A DNA stretch of 22,736 nucleotides from Bdellovibrionia bacterium (GTDB lineage: Bacteria; Bdellovibrionota; UBA1018): positions 1 to 22,736 of the forward strand of contig JBJMMA010000108.1 in the NCBI GenBank assembly GCA_045805065.1. Direction: 5' to 3'. The notes under the pieces are model-generated. The model worked only from the letters and a program-made list of their open reading frames with translations, was not told the DNA's origin and made no database searches. Made by a program: the position numbers and the translations under genes. How positions within the stretch are numbered: the stretch's first letter is position 1; each line of letters begins with the position of its first letter. Below are positions 1 to 8,051 of this stretch, in pieces.

Positions 1-21
1 ACTCATTGATAAGATAGGACT

Positions 22-48
22 TTAGTCTTGTCTAATTTCTGCCGATAA
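22..48 (+). promoter_or_regulatory. Putative sigma28 (FliA)-type promoter
   Basis: TTAG(22-25)-N15-GCCGATAA(41-48). The -10 element is a perfect match to the TAAA-N15-GCCGATAA consensus and sits directly upstream of the 709-aa ORF. Confidence 0.6.
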
Positions 49-56
49 ATAAATGA

Positions 57-2186
57 GTGAAAGACAAGAACGCCTTTAATTTGATGCGCATAGCTATTGC
101 TGCGCTGGCCTTTGCCCTGACGTCTCCGACGTTGGCGGCACCCAGGGCCAGCAGGACGCAATGCCTTCGCGCTCAACTTTTAGAGCAGCTTCAGTACAAA
201 GATCAAAGACCTCAAGCACTCAAAGCTCGCATCTCTGAACTTGAGACGGCCTGTAAAAACAAAGAATTTAATCTCTGCAAAGACACCACTCTCTCCCTCG
301 AACAGAAGACAAGTCTTCTGCACGCTGCGGCCCATCTGGATAACACCGAGATGCGAGCAGCCTATCTGAATTCTTTTCCGCCAAAGAACCAAGCCGAGCT
401 TGAAAGACTTCATCGCTACATTGAGGAACGTTTGAGGTTCTGCCAAGGTTCCGTTCATCAGACTTGTGACTCTGAACGCTGGGAGCTTGTGATTGAAGAC
501 TATCTCGCCAGAGAAGAGAAGTTTCCTGGTGCAAAGTACTTAGCCCGCTGGAACGAGGACCGTTTAGAGTCACGCATTCCAGGACTCTATGATTTTTTAC
601 ATGAGCGAGCAATGCTCGAAGGATTCAGTCAAGACCCTAAAGCTTATGAAACTCTGCTGCACACTCCCGGATTGACGGCTGATTCGATCAGCATTGTCAG
701 TGAGCAGGCCATGAAAAAGAAGCTCAATGATGTGAATAAAGGGCTATCTGATGCATTAGGGGAAATGCGCCTGAGAAGCTTTCGCTGGCATTTACAGAAC
801 ACACTTGCTGAGGAAGGGTTAAAATTACCTAATGCCTCGCGTGTGGATTTTAAAACCGACCGGATCCTGGAGCCTTTGATCAAGCTTCAGCAAGAGCAGC
901 CAAGAAAACTTGAGCGCGCGGTGAACCTTGCCGCTGCACGGGCTAACGGTGAAATGAGAATGGCCGTTTATACGCGTTTTCCAGAGCTCATGTATATTAC
1001 GGATATGTATGAGCCATCACGCTGGTTCAATACGGCATCGTTCTCGATGCCTGGCTACTCAGCGCGACTCAACGAAGCACTCGCTTCTTTCAAGGCAAGG
1101 CTGATGCGCGAAGCGCCTGCATTGGACAATGAGGCCGCTCGCGATCAATTTGTCTCGTTTGCAAAGGGCGCTATCGAGTTCGCGGATCTTTTGAAGAATA
1201 TGGACGCCTATTCGGCTCAAAAGATTGGTGGAATTGGAAAGCTTCAGAGAGCTGGAATCATTGATAGCAATGGAGCATTCACGCGCAAGACCGCTGAGAT
1301 TATTCGGAAGCTCAAGCCTGGCGTAAGGCTTTCGAACGCCCTAACGGAAACGTTCAAAGTTCCAGTGACCGAGATGGAGCAAAAGCTCATTCTCCTGCAA
1401 TGGGCACGACAAGACATGCTGAGCCTTCCATTGTCGACGATTGATAAGATGCCTGAGGCTCCTAAAAACGTAGCCATTCTGGGCGGAGATGGAATTGCCG
1501 GAGGGGCGATCGATGGCTGGACAAAACTTCAGGCCTTGCTTGCGCATCGTGATGCCATTCTCAATCAAAAATTGAATCCCGATCAACAGGTTCAAAACGT
1601 GTTTCATGCCCTGGTTGAGGCGGATAATAATGCGAGCGCCATGATTCGTTCTGCTCCAGAAATCCTGAAGCAGTCTTTGAACCGATTGCCCGTGGAAGTT
1701 CGTAAGAGTATCGGGATGTCTGAAGTCCACACATCGGCTGATGACGCCGTTGCCCCACTGAGCCAGTTAAAGGACCTGGCTCCGGCTCAGCGTGATTCCT
1801 TTTACCGAGGTGTCGCGTGGAATGTGAGCCAGACAACCCGTACCGTTCAGTTACGGCAAAAGAACGATATGCGGAATGCGGTAGTAGGCCCTGAAATATT
1901 GAGAATGTTCCTTGGCTTTGACAAGGCTGGAGCAGAAGCGGCAGAGCAGTTTCTCAAGCCTATAGAAGAAAAGCTTTCGACCGCGAATTTCCTGGGCCCC
2001 AACTGGCGCGCTCAATATCCGGACGTCGCGCTCTTTGCTGCGAATGAAGGCGGCAAGAAGTTCAAGGTCTACATCGCTGGCAAAAGCATCGATTCAAATT
2101 TTGAGACCAAGTGCCGTGAAGCTCTTAAATCGCTCGTCAGAGGCTCAGAATATACTGAGCCTCAATTTGTTCTGCAACCGCACTAA
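57..2186 (+). CDS. Hypothetical exported protein, 709 aa (start may be ATG at 84)
   Basis: Long ORF with a Sec-type signal peptide (MRIAIAALAFALTSPTLA-A). No family recognised. Confidence 0.8.
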   Translation: MKDKNAFNLMRIAIAALAFALTSPTLAAPRASRTQCLRAQLLEQLQYKDQRPQALKARISELETACKNKEFNLCKDTTLSLEQKTSLLHAAAHLDNTEMRAAYLNSFPPKNQAELERLHRYIEERLRFCQGSVHQTCDSERWELVIEDYLAREEKFPGAKYLARWNEDRLESRIPGLYDFLHERAMLEGFSQDPKAYETLLHTPGLTADSISIVSEQAMKKKLNDVNKGLSDALGEMRLRSFRWHLQNTLAEEGLKLPNASRVDFKTDRILEPLIKLQQEQPRKLERAVNLAAARANGEMRMAVYTRFPELMYITDMYEPSRWFNTASFSMPGYSARLNEALASFKARLMREAPALDNEAARDQFVSFAKGAIEFADLLKNMDAYSAQKIGGIGKLQRAGIIDSNGAFTRKTAEIIRKLKPGVRLSNALTETFKVPVTEMEQKLILLQWARQDMLSLPLSTIDKMPEAPKNVAILGGDGIAGGAIDGWTKLQALLAHRDAILNQKLNPDQQVQNVFHALVEADNNASAMIRSAPEILKQSLNRLPVEVRKSIGMSEVHTSADDAVAPLSQLKDLAPAQRDSFYRGVAWNVSQTTRTVQLRQKNDMRNAVVGPEILRMFLGFDKAGAEAAEQFLKPIEEKLSTANFLGPNWRAQYPDVALFAANEGGKKFKVYIAGKSIDSNFETKCREALKSLVRGSEYTEPQFVLQPH

Positions 2187-2189
2187 AGA

Positions 2190-2597
2190 TCAATCAGCGT
2201 ACTTCTTGTGGCCGTCTTTCTTGACGCCATCCATCTGCTGAAGAAGCTTCGCGGCAAGCTGGTTATTGCCGGAGTCAAATGCCTTCTGAAGCGCGGTGGC
2301 GAAATCAATCTCCTGCTGGATCATTGCTTTGTAGTCTTCGATCGCAGCAGGTTGCTCATCAGCAGGAAGATCCGAGATGGATTCCGGCACTTCGCCTTGG
2401 ACAGCTGAAAAGAGCTTAGCGATTTCTGCGGCATCGGCTGCTGACTTTGCATTCTTGGTAGAATCCGCAACAGCAGTGGAGATTCCTTTGAAGAGAGTCT
2501 TGATCTGCTTCATGTTATCTTTGATTGAAACAGCATGAGCTTGAGCTGCAGCGAACGTGATGGCCATCGACAAGAAGAGTACAGAAAGTTTCATCAT
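2190..2597 (-). CDS. Soluble cytochrome b562-family protein (periplasmic four-helix bundle)
   Basis: Signal peptide MMKLSVLF...AQAHA. The mature N-terminus IKDNMKQI carries the Met heme-ligand position and the C-terminus KKDGHKKYAD the His ligand, like b562. Start moved from 2624 to ATG 2597. Confidence 0.75.
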   Translation of the reverse strand: MMKLSVLFLSMAITFAAAQAHAVSIKDNMKQIKTLFKGISTAVADSTKNAKSAADAAEIAKLFSAVQGEVPESISDLPADEQPAAIEDYKAMIQQEIDFATALQKAFDSGNNQLAAKLLQQMDGVKKDGHKKYAD

Positions 2598-2630
2598 GGC
2601 CGCGCTACATCTCACGCCGCCCACGTGAAA

Positions 2631-3380
2631 TCAAGTCAGGCGCGCCACGCCAGCGTATCCAAGCGCAAGAGACTTTGTAAAAGTGAACCCAAAGGACGTA
2701 TCGACTGTCCCGGTTCTGAGTAATTTTAGGAAAGCCCGACTTAATATTTTTGGTCGGATTCCGGTCCATTCGATGTCTGTGAAGCCTGACTGATGACACC
2801 AGCTCGCAAGTTCCGAAGGCTTAATAAAGAGCGAATAAATGTGAAGCCTTTCGGGAGTATTGCGAACAAACCATTCGACACCCTTGATGATGATGAGCCG
2901 GCTCAGCCAGTTGCGATTGAATGTGTGGAAAAAGAAAAGCCCACCGGGTTTTAAAACTCTGGCTGCTCCTGCAATCACTCTTTCAGGCTCATCGACATGC
3001 TCCAAGAAATCCATGGCGCAAATGACGTCAAACGATCCCGGAGCAAAGCGATCCAGCTCGTAGGCGCTCATGCAAAGATAGTCGGCACAGCTCTCAGGAT
3101 GAAAGCGTCTTGCCGTGTCCAGACTTTCTTGCGAGAGATCGATTCCGGTCACGCGATGGCCTGCTCGCTCAAGTTCCTGGACCAGGTAGCCCGCACCGCA
3201 TCCGATATCGAGAACGGAGCGGGAGCCGGGGCCCAGTTTTTTTGTGATCGTTTGTACTACCCAAGGATTTTTGAGTCGACCCTCGGCACGCAATAGCGCG
3301 ACCGGGTTATCGTGAGCCGTGTACCATTGATCTCCCAGCTCGTGGTAGATCTCATTATTGACTTCAAACTCTTGCGCCAT
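2631..3380 (-). CDS. UbiG-like class I SAM-dependent O-methyltransferase
   Basis: VLDIGCGAG (motif I), VTGIDLS, FDVICAMDFLEHV, LKPGGLFFFHTFNR and LFIKPSEL are all typical of the UbiG family. Confidence 0.85.
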   Translation of the reverse strand: MAQEFEVNNEIYHELGDQWYTAHDNPVALLRAEGRLKNPWVVQTITKKLGPGSRSVLDIGCGAGYLVQELERAGHRVTGIDLSQESLDTARRFHPESCADYLCMSAYELDRFAPGSFDVICAMDFLEHVDEPERVIAGAARVLKPGGLFFFHTFNRNWLSRLIIIKGVEWFVRNTPERLHIYSLFIKPSELASWCHQSGFTDIEWTGIRPKILSRAFLKLLRTGTVDTSFGFTFTKSLALGYAGVARLT

Positions 3381-3825
3381 AAATGTTCCAATAAGTGATT
3401 TGGTAAATGCCGAAAAAGGCCATCAGCAGAACCTGGATTTTCAAAAGGGGAAAGAACCAGCCGTAGACATCTGGCTGCGCCCAAAGATAAGCCGCGGCAA
3501 TCAGAACAATGGGATGTACGATGAATAAGATCGCGTGCAGCCAATGTTCCTGCCAGCCACAGTGAACGGCATGCACATGTTCGTCTTTGGTGATCAGAAG
3601 AGTCGAAGCTACCGCAAGGATCATGTACAGGATGACGTTTCGCCGGCTAAATTCCAGAAACAGCGGAATCGTCAGGCAGATGAACTGCAAAAAAGTGTCG
3701 ATCGGATGTCCGATTCTTTCCCATTTAGGAAGGCCGCGCTTTCGATGAAAAAGAAACTCATCGATCATGATCATCATTCCCTGAATGGAAAAAGGAACGA
3801 TGATCATAAAGCTCTGGGCCATCAT
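3364..3825 (-). CDS. Small integral membrane protein with two DE..H...E...H motifs
   Basis: About 4-5 hydrophobic segments. ATG at 3825 overlaps the PKS stop (ATGA coupling), and the 3' end overlaps the methyltransferase start. Confidence 0.75.
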   Translation of the reverse strand: MMAQSFMIIVPFSIQGMMIMIDEFLFHRKRGLPKWERIGHPIDTFLQFICLTIPLFLEFSRRNVILYMILAVASTLLITKDEHVHAVHCGWQEHWLHAILFIVHPIVLIAAAYLWAQPDVYGWFFPLLKIQVLLMAFFGIYQITYWNIYGARV

Positions 3826-4961
3826 AGACTGATCTTTCTCAATACGTTCCCGCAAAGAGTCAGCCCAGGTCCAAAGGCGAGCGACACGATTTGAGTGTTC
3901 TCGGCGACGCTTGGGTCTTCCAGAATTTCTTTCCAGATGTGAGGAAGAGTCGCTGAAGACATATTGCCTCGCTCGAGCAGCACTTTTCGGCTGGCAGCGA
4001 CCTGGGAGTCCTTGAGCTCCAGCATCTCCTGGATCTGGTCCAGAATTCTTGGTCCTCCGGGATGGATGGCAAAAATCGTATTGTGATCATAAGAACCCAG
4101 ACGCTTCAGATAAGGCAGCAGGTTCTGCGCGATCAGGTTGGGGACTTCGCGACTGAGTGTCATTTCAAGACCATGATCGCCCGCTCGCCAGGTCATCGCG
4201 TCCTCGCTGTTGCTCAAGAGCTCCTTGCGTGACGTGACAAACTCGAGCCCATAACTGGGATCGCCTGGAAGCGACTCTGAAGTCGTTTCCATCTGGCGCT
4301 GCTCTATTGTGTAGCGAATGAGCCCGTCCGCAAAAAGACTTTGGATCACCATCTGCTCGGGCGCGTGTTGAGAAGGATCCAGATGAAGCGAGCATAGCTC
4401 CGTATGGACAATATCAACGCGGGGACGTGACAGACCGCACGCGATGCGCACGGCGGGAATCGCTGCATAACATCCCATATGATAGAGATGATAGACTTCC
4501 GTTTGATGGCCCCATCCTCTGCGCGAAACGACACGCTCCGCGCCGCTCGGCGAATCATAACCTGTGCAGGTCACATGAAAGAGCGCCTGAGGGGGAACGG
4601 AGTCCTCACGATAGAAGCGATCAAAAACCTCGCTGACCACTCGCGAAAAAATTCCGGTGCGTGTTGAGGCCCCTGCACCTTTGGGATTTCGACTTAGATG
4701 GAAAATTTCCATCTGATCAAAGTCAAGATGCGTAAAGTCCTGATGAACGGAGTAGCGCTGAGCCACTTGCGAGGGCTTGCAACCAAAGCGATGAAAAAGC
4801 TTTTTCATGCGCTCACGATCTGCCAGCGGCGAGTCAGGTGAGATCAGGCTTTCAGCCCGACTGTGCGCAGTGGCAAGCCAGTCCAAGGCCTGCTCTTGAG
4901 GCTTTTGCGTCGGGGGGAGAACACTGCGGAAACTGTGAAGAACATACCTAGGTTGATCCAT
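3822..4961 (-). CDS. Type III polyketide synthase (chalcone/stilbene synthase family)
   Basis: Catalytic triad contexts HMGCYAA (Cys), IHPGGPRI (His) and GNMSSAT (Asn), plus VTCTG, ELCSLH, LFADG and AFGPGLT. Confidence 0.93.
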   Translation of the reverse strand: MDQPRYVLHSFRSVLPPTQKPQEQALDWLATAHSRAESLISPDSPLADRERMKKLFHRFGCKPSQVAQRYSVHQDFTHLDFDQMEIFHLSRNPKGAGASTRTGIFSRVVSEVFDRFYREDSVPPQALFHVTCTGYDSPSGAERVVSRRGWGHQTEVYHLYHMGCYAAIPAVRIACGLSRPRVDIVHTELCSLHLDPSQHAPEQMVIQSLFADGLIRYTIEQRQMETTSESLPGDPSYGLEFVTSRKELLSNSEDAMTWRAGDHGLEMTLSREVPNLIAQNLLPYLKRLGSYDHNTIFAIHPGGPRILDQIQEMLELKDSQVAASRKVLLERGNMSSATLPHIWKEILEDPSVAENTQIVSLAFGPGLTLCGNVLRKISL

Positions 4962-5036
4962 ACGCAGTCGGTCAGTTGTGCAGATGCCGTGCCGAACGGA
5001 CCGCCGATTGCATACTCGGCCGCGGGGATCTTGCTT

Positions 5037-5729
5037 ATGTGTTTAGCGCGCTCAGCTTTGTTGGCACTTTTGCTCGGCATGATTATGCCGGCATGGAGCC
5101 ATGCTCAAAATCTCAATACTCCCGAATATCCTGAGAAAGCACCTAAGTTGGAGAAAGAGGCTTCACCCTTCAGGCCCGGAGTTCAGGGGGGCCTCAATGT
5201 GAGTGATTATTCGAACGAACCTGATGTAGGCAGCAACTCACTCGTTGGATACATTGCAGGTTTGGAATTGGAATGCCGGCTTTCGTCCACTTGGTTTTTG
5301 CAGCCTGAGGTCCGCGTTGTTCAAAAAGGGTTCACCTACAACCTCAATTCCGGAGGATCGGTGACGAACTTTGATACGCGCATCAACTACTTGGAAGTTC
5401 CGATTCTGGTGAAAGCCAAGTTTCGCCCGGATGCGCTGATTCAGCCTTTTGTCTTTCTAGGGCCCAACGTGGGCTTCAAGATCAGCACCAACATCGATGT
5501 CACCAGTGGCGGAAACTTTGTGCCGGGGCCACCTTTGGAAGTATTGTTTCACACGGTTGATTTCTCTTTAGATGGAGGCTTGGGCGGGGAGTATCATTTT
5601 GCCCGCCGCATGGCTGGTTTCCTTGAGCTTCGGGGAACTTACGGATTGAACAACGTGTCGACCTTGGCCGGTACGAATTGGAAGTCGCGTAATTTCCAAT
5701 TCGTTTTTGGCGGACTCTTCGATTTGTAA
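5037..5729 (+). CDS. Outer-membrane beta-barrel protein (porin/PorT-like OMP family)
   Basis: Signal peptide MCLARSALLALLLGMIMPAWSHA after a GGGGA RBS-like stretch. Motifs GVQGGLN, LQPEV, INYLEVPILVK and FLGPNVGF, amphipathic strands and an aromatic C-terminal strand. The ORF-track start at 4863 overlaps the PKS and is unlikely. Confidence 0.8.
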   Translation: MCLARSALLALLLGMIMPAWSHAQNLNTPEYPEKAPKLEKEASPFRPGVQGGLNVSDYSNEPDVGSNSLVGYIAGLELECRLSSTWFLQPEVRVVQKGFTYNLNSGGSVTNFDTRINYLEVPILVKAKFRPDALIQPFVFLGPNVGFKISTNIDVTSGGNFVPGPPLEVLFHTVDFSLDGGLGGEYHFARRMAGFLELRGTYGLNNVSTLAGTNWKSRNFQFVFGGLFDL

Positions 5730-5814
5730 CGCACGGCAGCGCGGCATTACTTGTTCGCTTGTCAGAATAGGATCTGAGCGCTAAGGTGAGCCGCCGTTAA
5801 GGGGGATTTTAGCG

Positions 5815-6819
5815 ATGTCGCTTCGTCATGCATTCTTGTTAGTCACACTGATCGTTGGACAAGCTTTGGTAGCACAGGCCTCCACGGGGCCTACCACTCA
5901 GAGTCTCCCTGGAAAGTGGGACCAGTTCGAGTTCAAAAACCGGTATGGAGCACGTAATTATTATCTCTACGTTCCTTCCAAGTATGTCGGGCGCCCGCTT
6001 CCTTTGATGGTCATGTTGCATGGCTGTACTGAGTCAGCACCTCAGTTTGCGCTTGAGAGCGGGATGAACTGGGTCGCTGAGAAATATGGCTTTGCTGTTT
6101 TGTACCCTGAACAAGGCTTCCAGGATAATATCTGGCGCTGCTGGAACTGGTTCAAACCTGAGAACCAGATTCGTGGCGGAGGAGAGCTTGGAATTGTTCT
6201 CGGAATGATGACCGACGTTGCGAAAAAAGTTCGCCTCGATTCTCATCATATCTATGTCGCTGGAATTTCCTCGGGTGCTGCGATGGCATCTAATCTTCTG
6301 GCCTGTCACTCGGACATCTTTGCGGGAGCCGGGATCGCATCCGGATTAGAATTTCAGGCGGCAACCTCTGAGATTGATGCCCACGCAGTCATGGCCACTG
6401 GCTCCACACATGACATCCGTCAGAGCGCCATGCAGGCGGTGAAATGCACCGGCGCAAATGCCAGGATGTCTGCTGTGATTGCGATTTACGGCACTGCCGA
6501 TCCAGTCGTCAATCCTGTCAACTCAAGTCGAGTCGTTGAGCAATTCACGCTTATGAATGATTTGATTGATGACCACCAGCTCAATCAGACCCAAAGCGAC
6601 AGGATTGTAACAAGCCGTGAAGACCAAGTACCGGGCGGCTATCGCTTCAAGACCGACTACTACGGCGGCAGTAACTCAATTCGTATTGCTAAGGTTGCGG
6701 TCGATGGAATGGCACACGCCTGGAGCGGCGCCGTTGCGCCCGGCCAATACGCTGATGCTCGTGGTCCTAATGCGGCCGAGATGATCTGGGTGTTCCTCTG
6801 GAACTACGGCAAGATCTAG
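5815..6819 (+). CDS. Secreted esterase, PHB depolymerase (LpqC-like) family
   Basis: Signal peptide, YYLYVP, PLMVMLHGCTES (oxyanion), CWNWF, YVAGISSGAAM (nucleophile Ser), GTADPVV (Asp) and GMAHAWSG (His). Confidence 0.9.
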   Translation: MSLRHAFLLVTLIVGQALVAQASTGPTTQSLPGKWDQFEFKNRYGARNYYLYVPSKYVGRPLPLMVMLHGCTESAPQFALESGMNWVAEKYGFAVLYPEQGFQDNIWRCWNWFKPENQIRGGGELGIVLGMMTDVAKKVRLDSHHIYVAGISSGAAMASNLLACHSDIFAGAGIASGLEFQAATSEIDAHAVMATGSTHDIRQSAMQAVKCTGANARMSAVIAIYGTADPVVNPVNSSRVVEQFTLMNDLIDDHQLNQTQSDRIVTSREDQVPGGYRFKTDYYGGSNSIRIAKVAVDGMAHAWSGAVAPGQYADARGPNAAEMIWVFLWNYGKI

Positions 6820-6856
6820 AAGTCGCCGCATTCCTATCGTAGCTTGCTTTAAAATT

Positions 6857-6917
6857 TAAAAAGGCCCCTGCTTCATGAATGCTTCGTTGAATGCTTCATG
6901 GGGTTGCGGCCTTTTTA
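6857..6917. terminator. Long imperfect hairpin, probable intrinsic terminator
   Basis: TAAAAAGGCC (6857-6866) and GGCCTTTTTA (6908-6917) form an inverted repeat with an inner CATGAA/TTCATG pair, downstream of the esterase gene. Confidence 0.55.
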
Positions 6918-7117
6918 GTTTTTCCGCTATGCTCTTACTCATCCAGCATTGAGACATAGGCAAAGACGAGCAAAGATTCAAAGAATCTTCAAAACTTCAA
7001 AATCTCGATGTGACATCATAATAGTCATTACCGAGATTTCTGGAGTAAATCGGGCGACACAAGCTGGCAGATTTATTCAATTCTTGATATGCTGATTTAA
7101 ATAAGAGGTACAACTAA

Positions 7118-7996
7118 GTGACTCCCCAAGAATCTCAAGCAGCTTCACGTATTGCAGCACTGATGAGAGCTGCCCGCAAAAAGCGCGATCTGACGCAAGT
7201 CGAAGTGGCTAAGCGTCTTCAAATCTCCCAAAGCGCGCTCTCTAAAATTGAAAGTGGCCTGTTGATTCCATCCGCGCCACAGTGGTTCGAGTTCTGCCAG
7301 CTCACGGATATTTCGGCAGATAGTTTATTAACCGGATTCATGGAGCGCGTTAGCTCGGCCGTGGTTGAAAGCGGCGACCTGAACGTGGGCTTTAAGATTC
7401 CTAAAATTTACCGTCCGTATCGCGGCTCCAAGATGAGAGCCATGCTGCCATTCCTGAAGTATTTCCATGCGGTGGCAGGCGAGGAAAAGGTGGAAGAATA
7501 CTTCCGCGCAATTAAAATGGATCAGGACGCGTTTCTTGATCTCGACGGTCAGATCAACATCCGCTTCTGTCTGGATCTGTCACGTACCCTGATTCAGAAT
7601 GGTTTGTTGAAGCCGACCGATTTCTCGAAAATGACGGCATCCGTGTCTCATTCCGAAACCCATGGTCGCTTGCATCGCATGTACGATGGTCAGACCAACC
7701 CACTGGTTCTGATGCAGGTTCTTCTTCAGAACTCCCGTCAGTACGAGTGCAACTTCCATTACCAAGTTGAAGATCAGAACGAGAAGCAACTGGCGTTCTC
7801 AGTGAAGCCTGAAGAGCATCTTGCTGAATTTGACTATAAGAACGATCCCGTGCTGGGGGACTTCCTCTGCCAGTTCAAGAAGCACTATTTTGAGAGCTTC
7901 ACGCACTACGGAAACAGCCGTGGCGCGACCTTGCATGAGCGTCAATGTCACTACAAGGGCGCTGATAGTTGCATTTATGAGCTGAAGCTCGCGTAA
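7118..7996 (+). CDS. XRE-family HTH regulator with C-terminal V4R-like ligand-binding domain
   Basis: N-terminal HTH MRAARKKRDLTQVEVAKRLQISQSALSKIESG. C-terminal LCQ...ERQCHYKGADSCIYEL matches the V4R pattern. GTG start after AGAGG. Confidence 0.85.
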   Translation: MTPQESQAASRIAALMRAARKKRDLTQVEVAKRLQISQSALSKIESGLLIPSAPQWFEFCQLTDISADSLLTGFMERVSSAVVESGDLNVGFKIPKIYRPYRGSKMRAMLPFLKYFHAVAGEEKVEEYFRAIKMDQDAFLDLDGQINIRFCLDLSRTLIQNGLLKPTDFSKMTASVSHSETHGRLHRMYDGQTNPLVLMQVLLQNSRQYECNFHYQVEDQNEKQLAFSVKPEEHLAEFDYKNDPVLGDFLCQFKKHYFESFTHYGNSRGATLHERQCHYKGADSCIYELKLA

Positions 7997-8051
7997 GGGA
8001 TTCCGTTTAGCTTTGCCTAAACAGACTTCATCAAGTACAGCTTAAGGAGCA

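Noticed and set aside
2631..3380. Calling the methyltransferase ubiG (ubiquinone biosynthesis)
   Set aside because: The family match is good, but translational coupling to a type III PKS operon suggests a different substrate, so the symbol is withheld.
4863..5036. N-terminal extension of the OMP ORF overlapping the PKS start
   Set aside because: The signal peptide begins at ATG 5037, and the extension would overlap a divergent gene.
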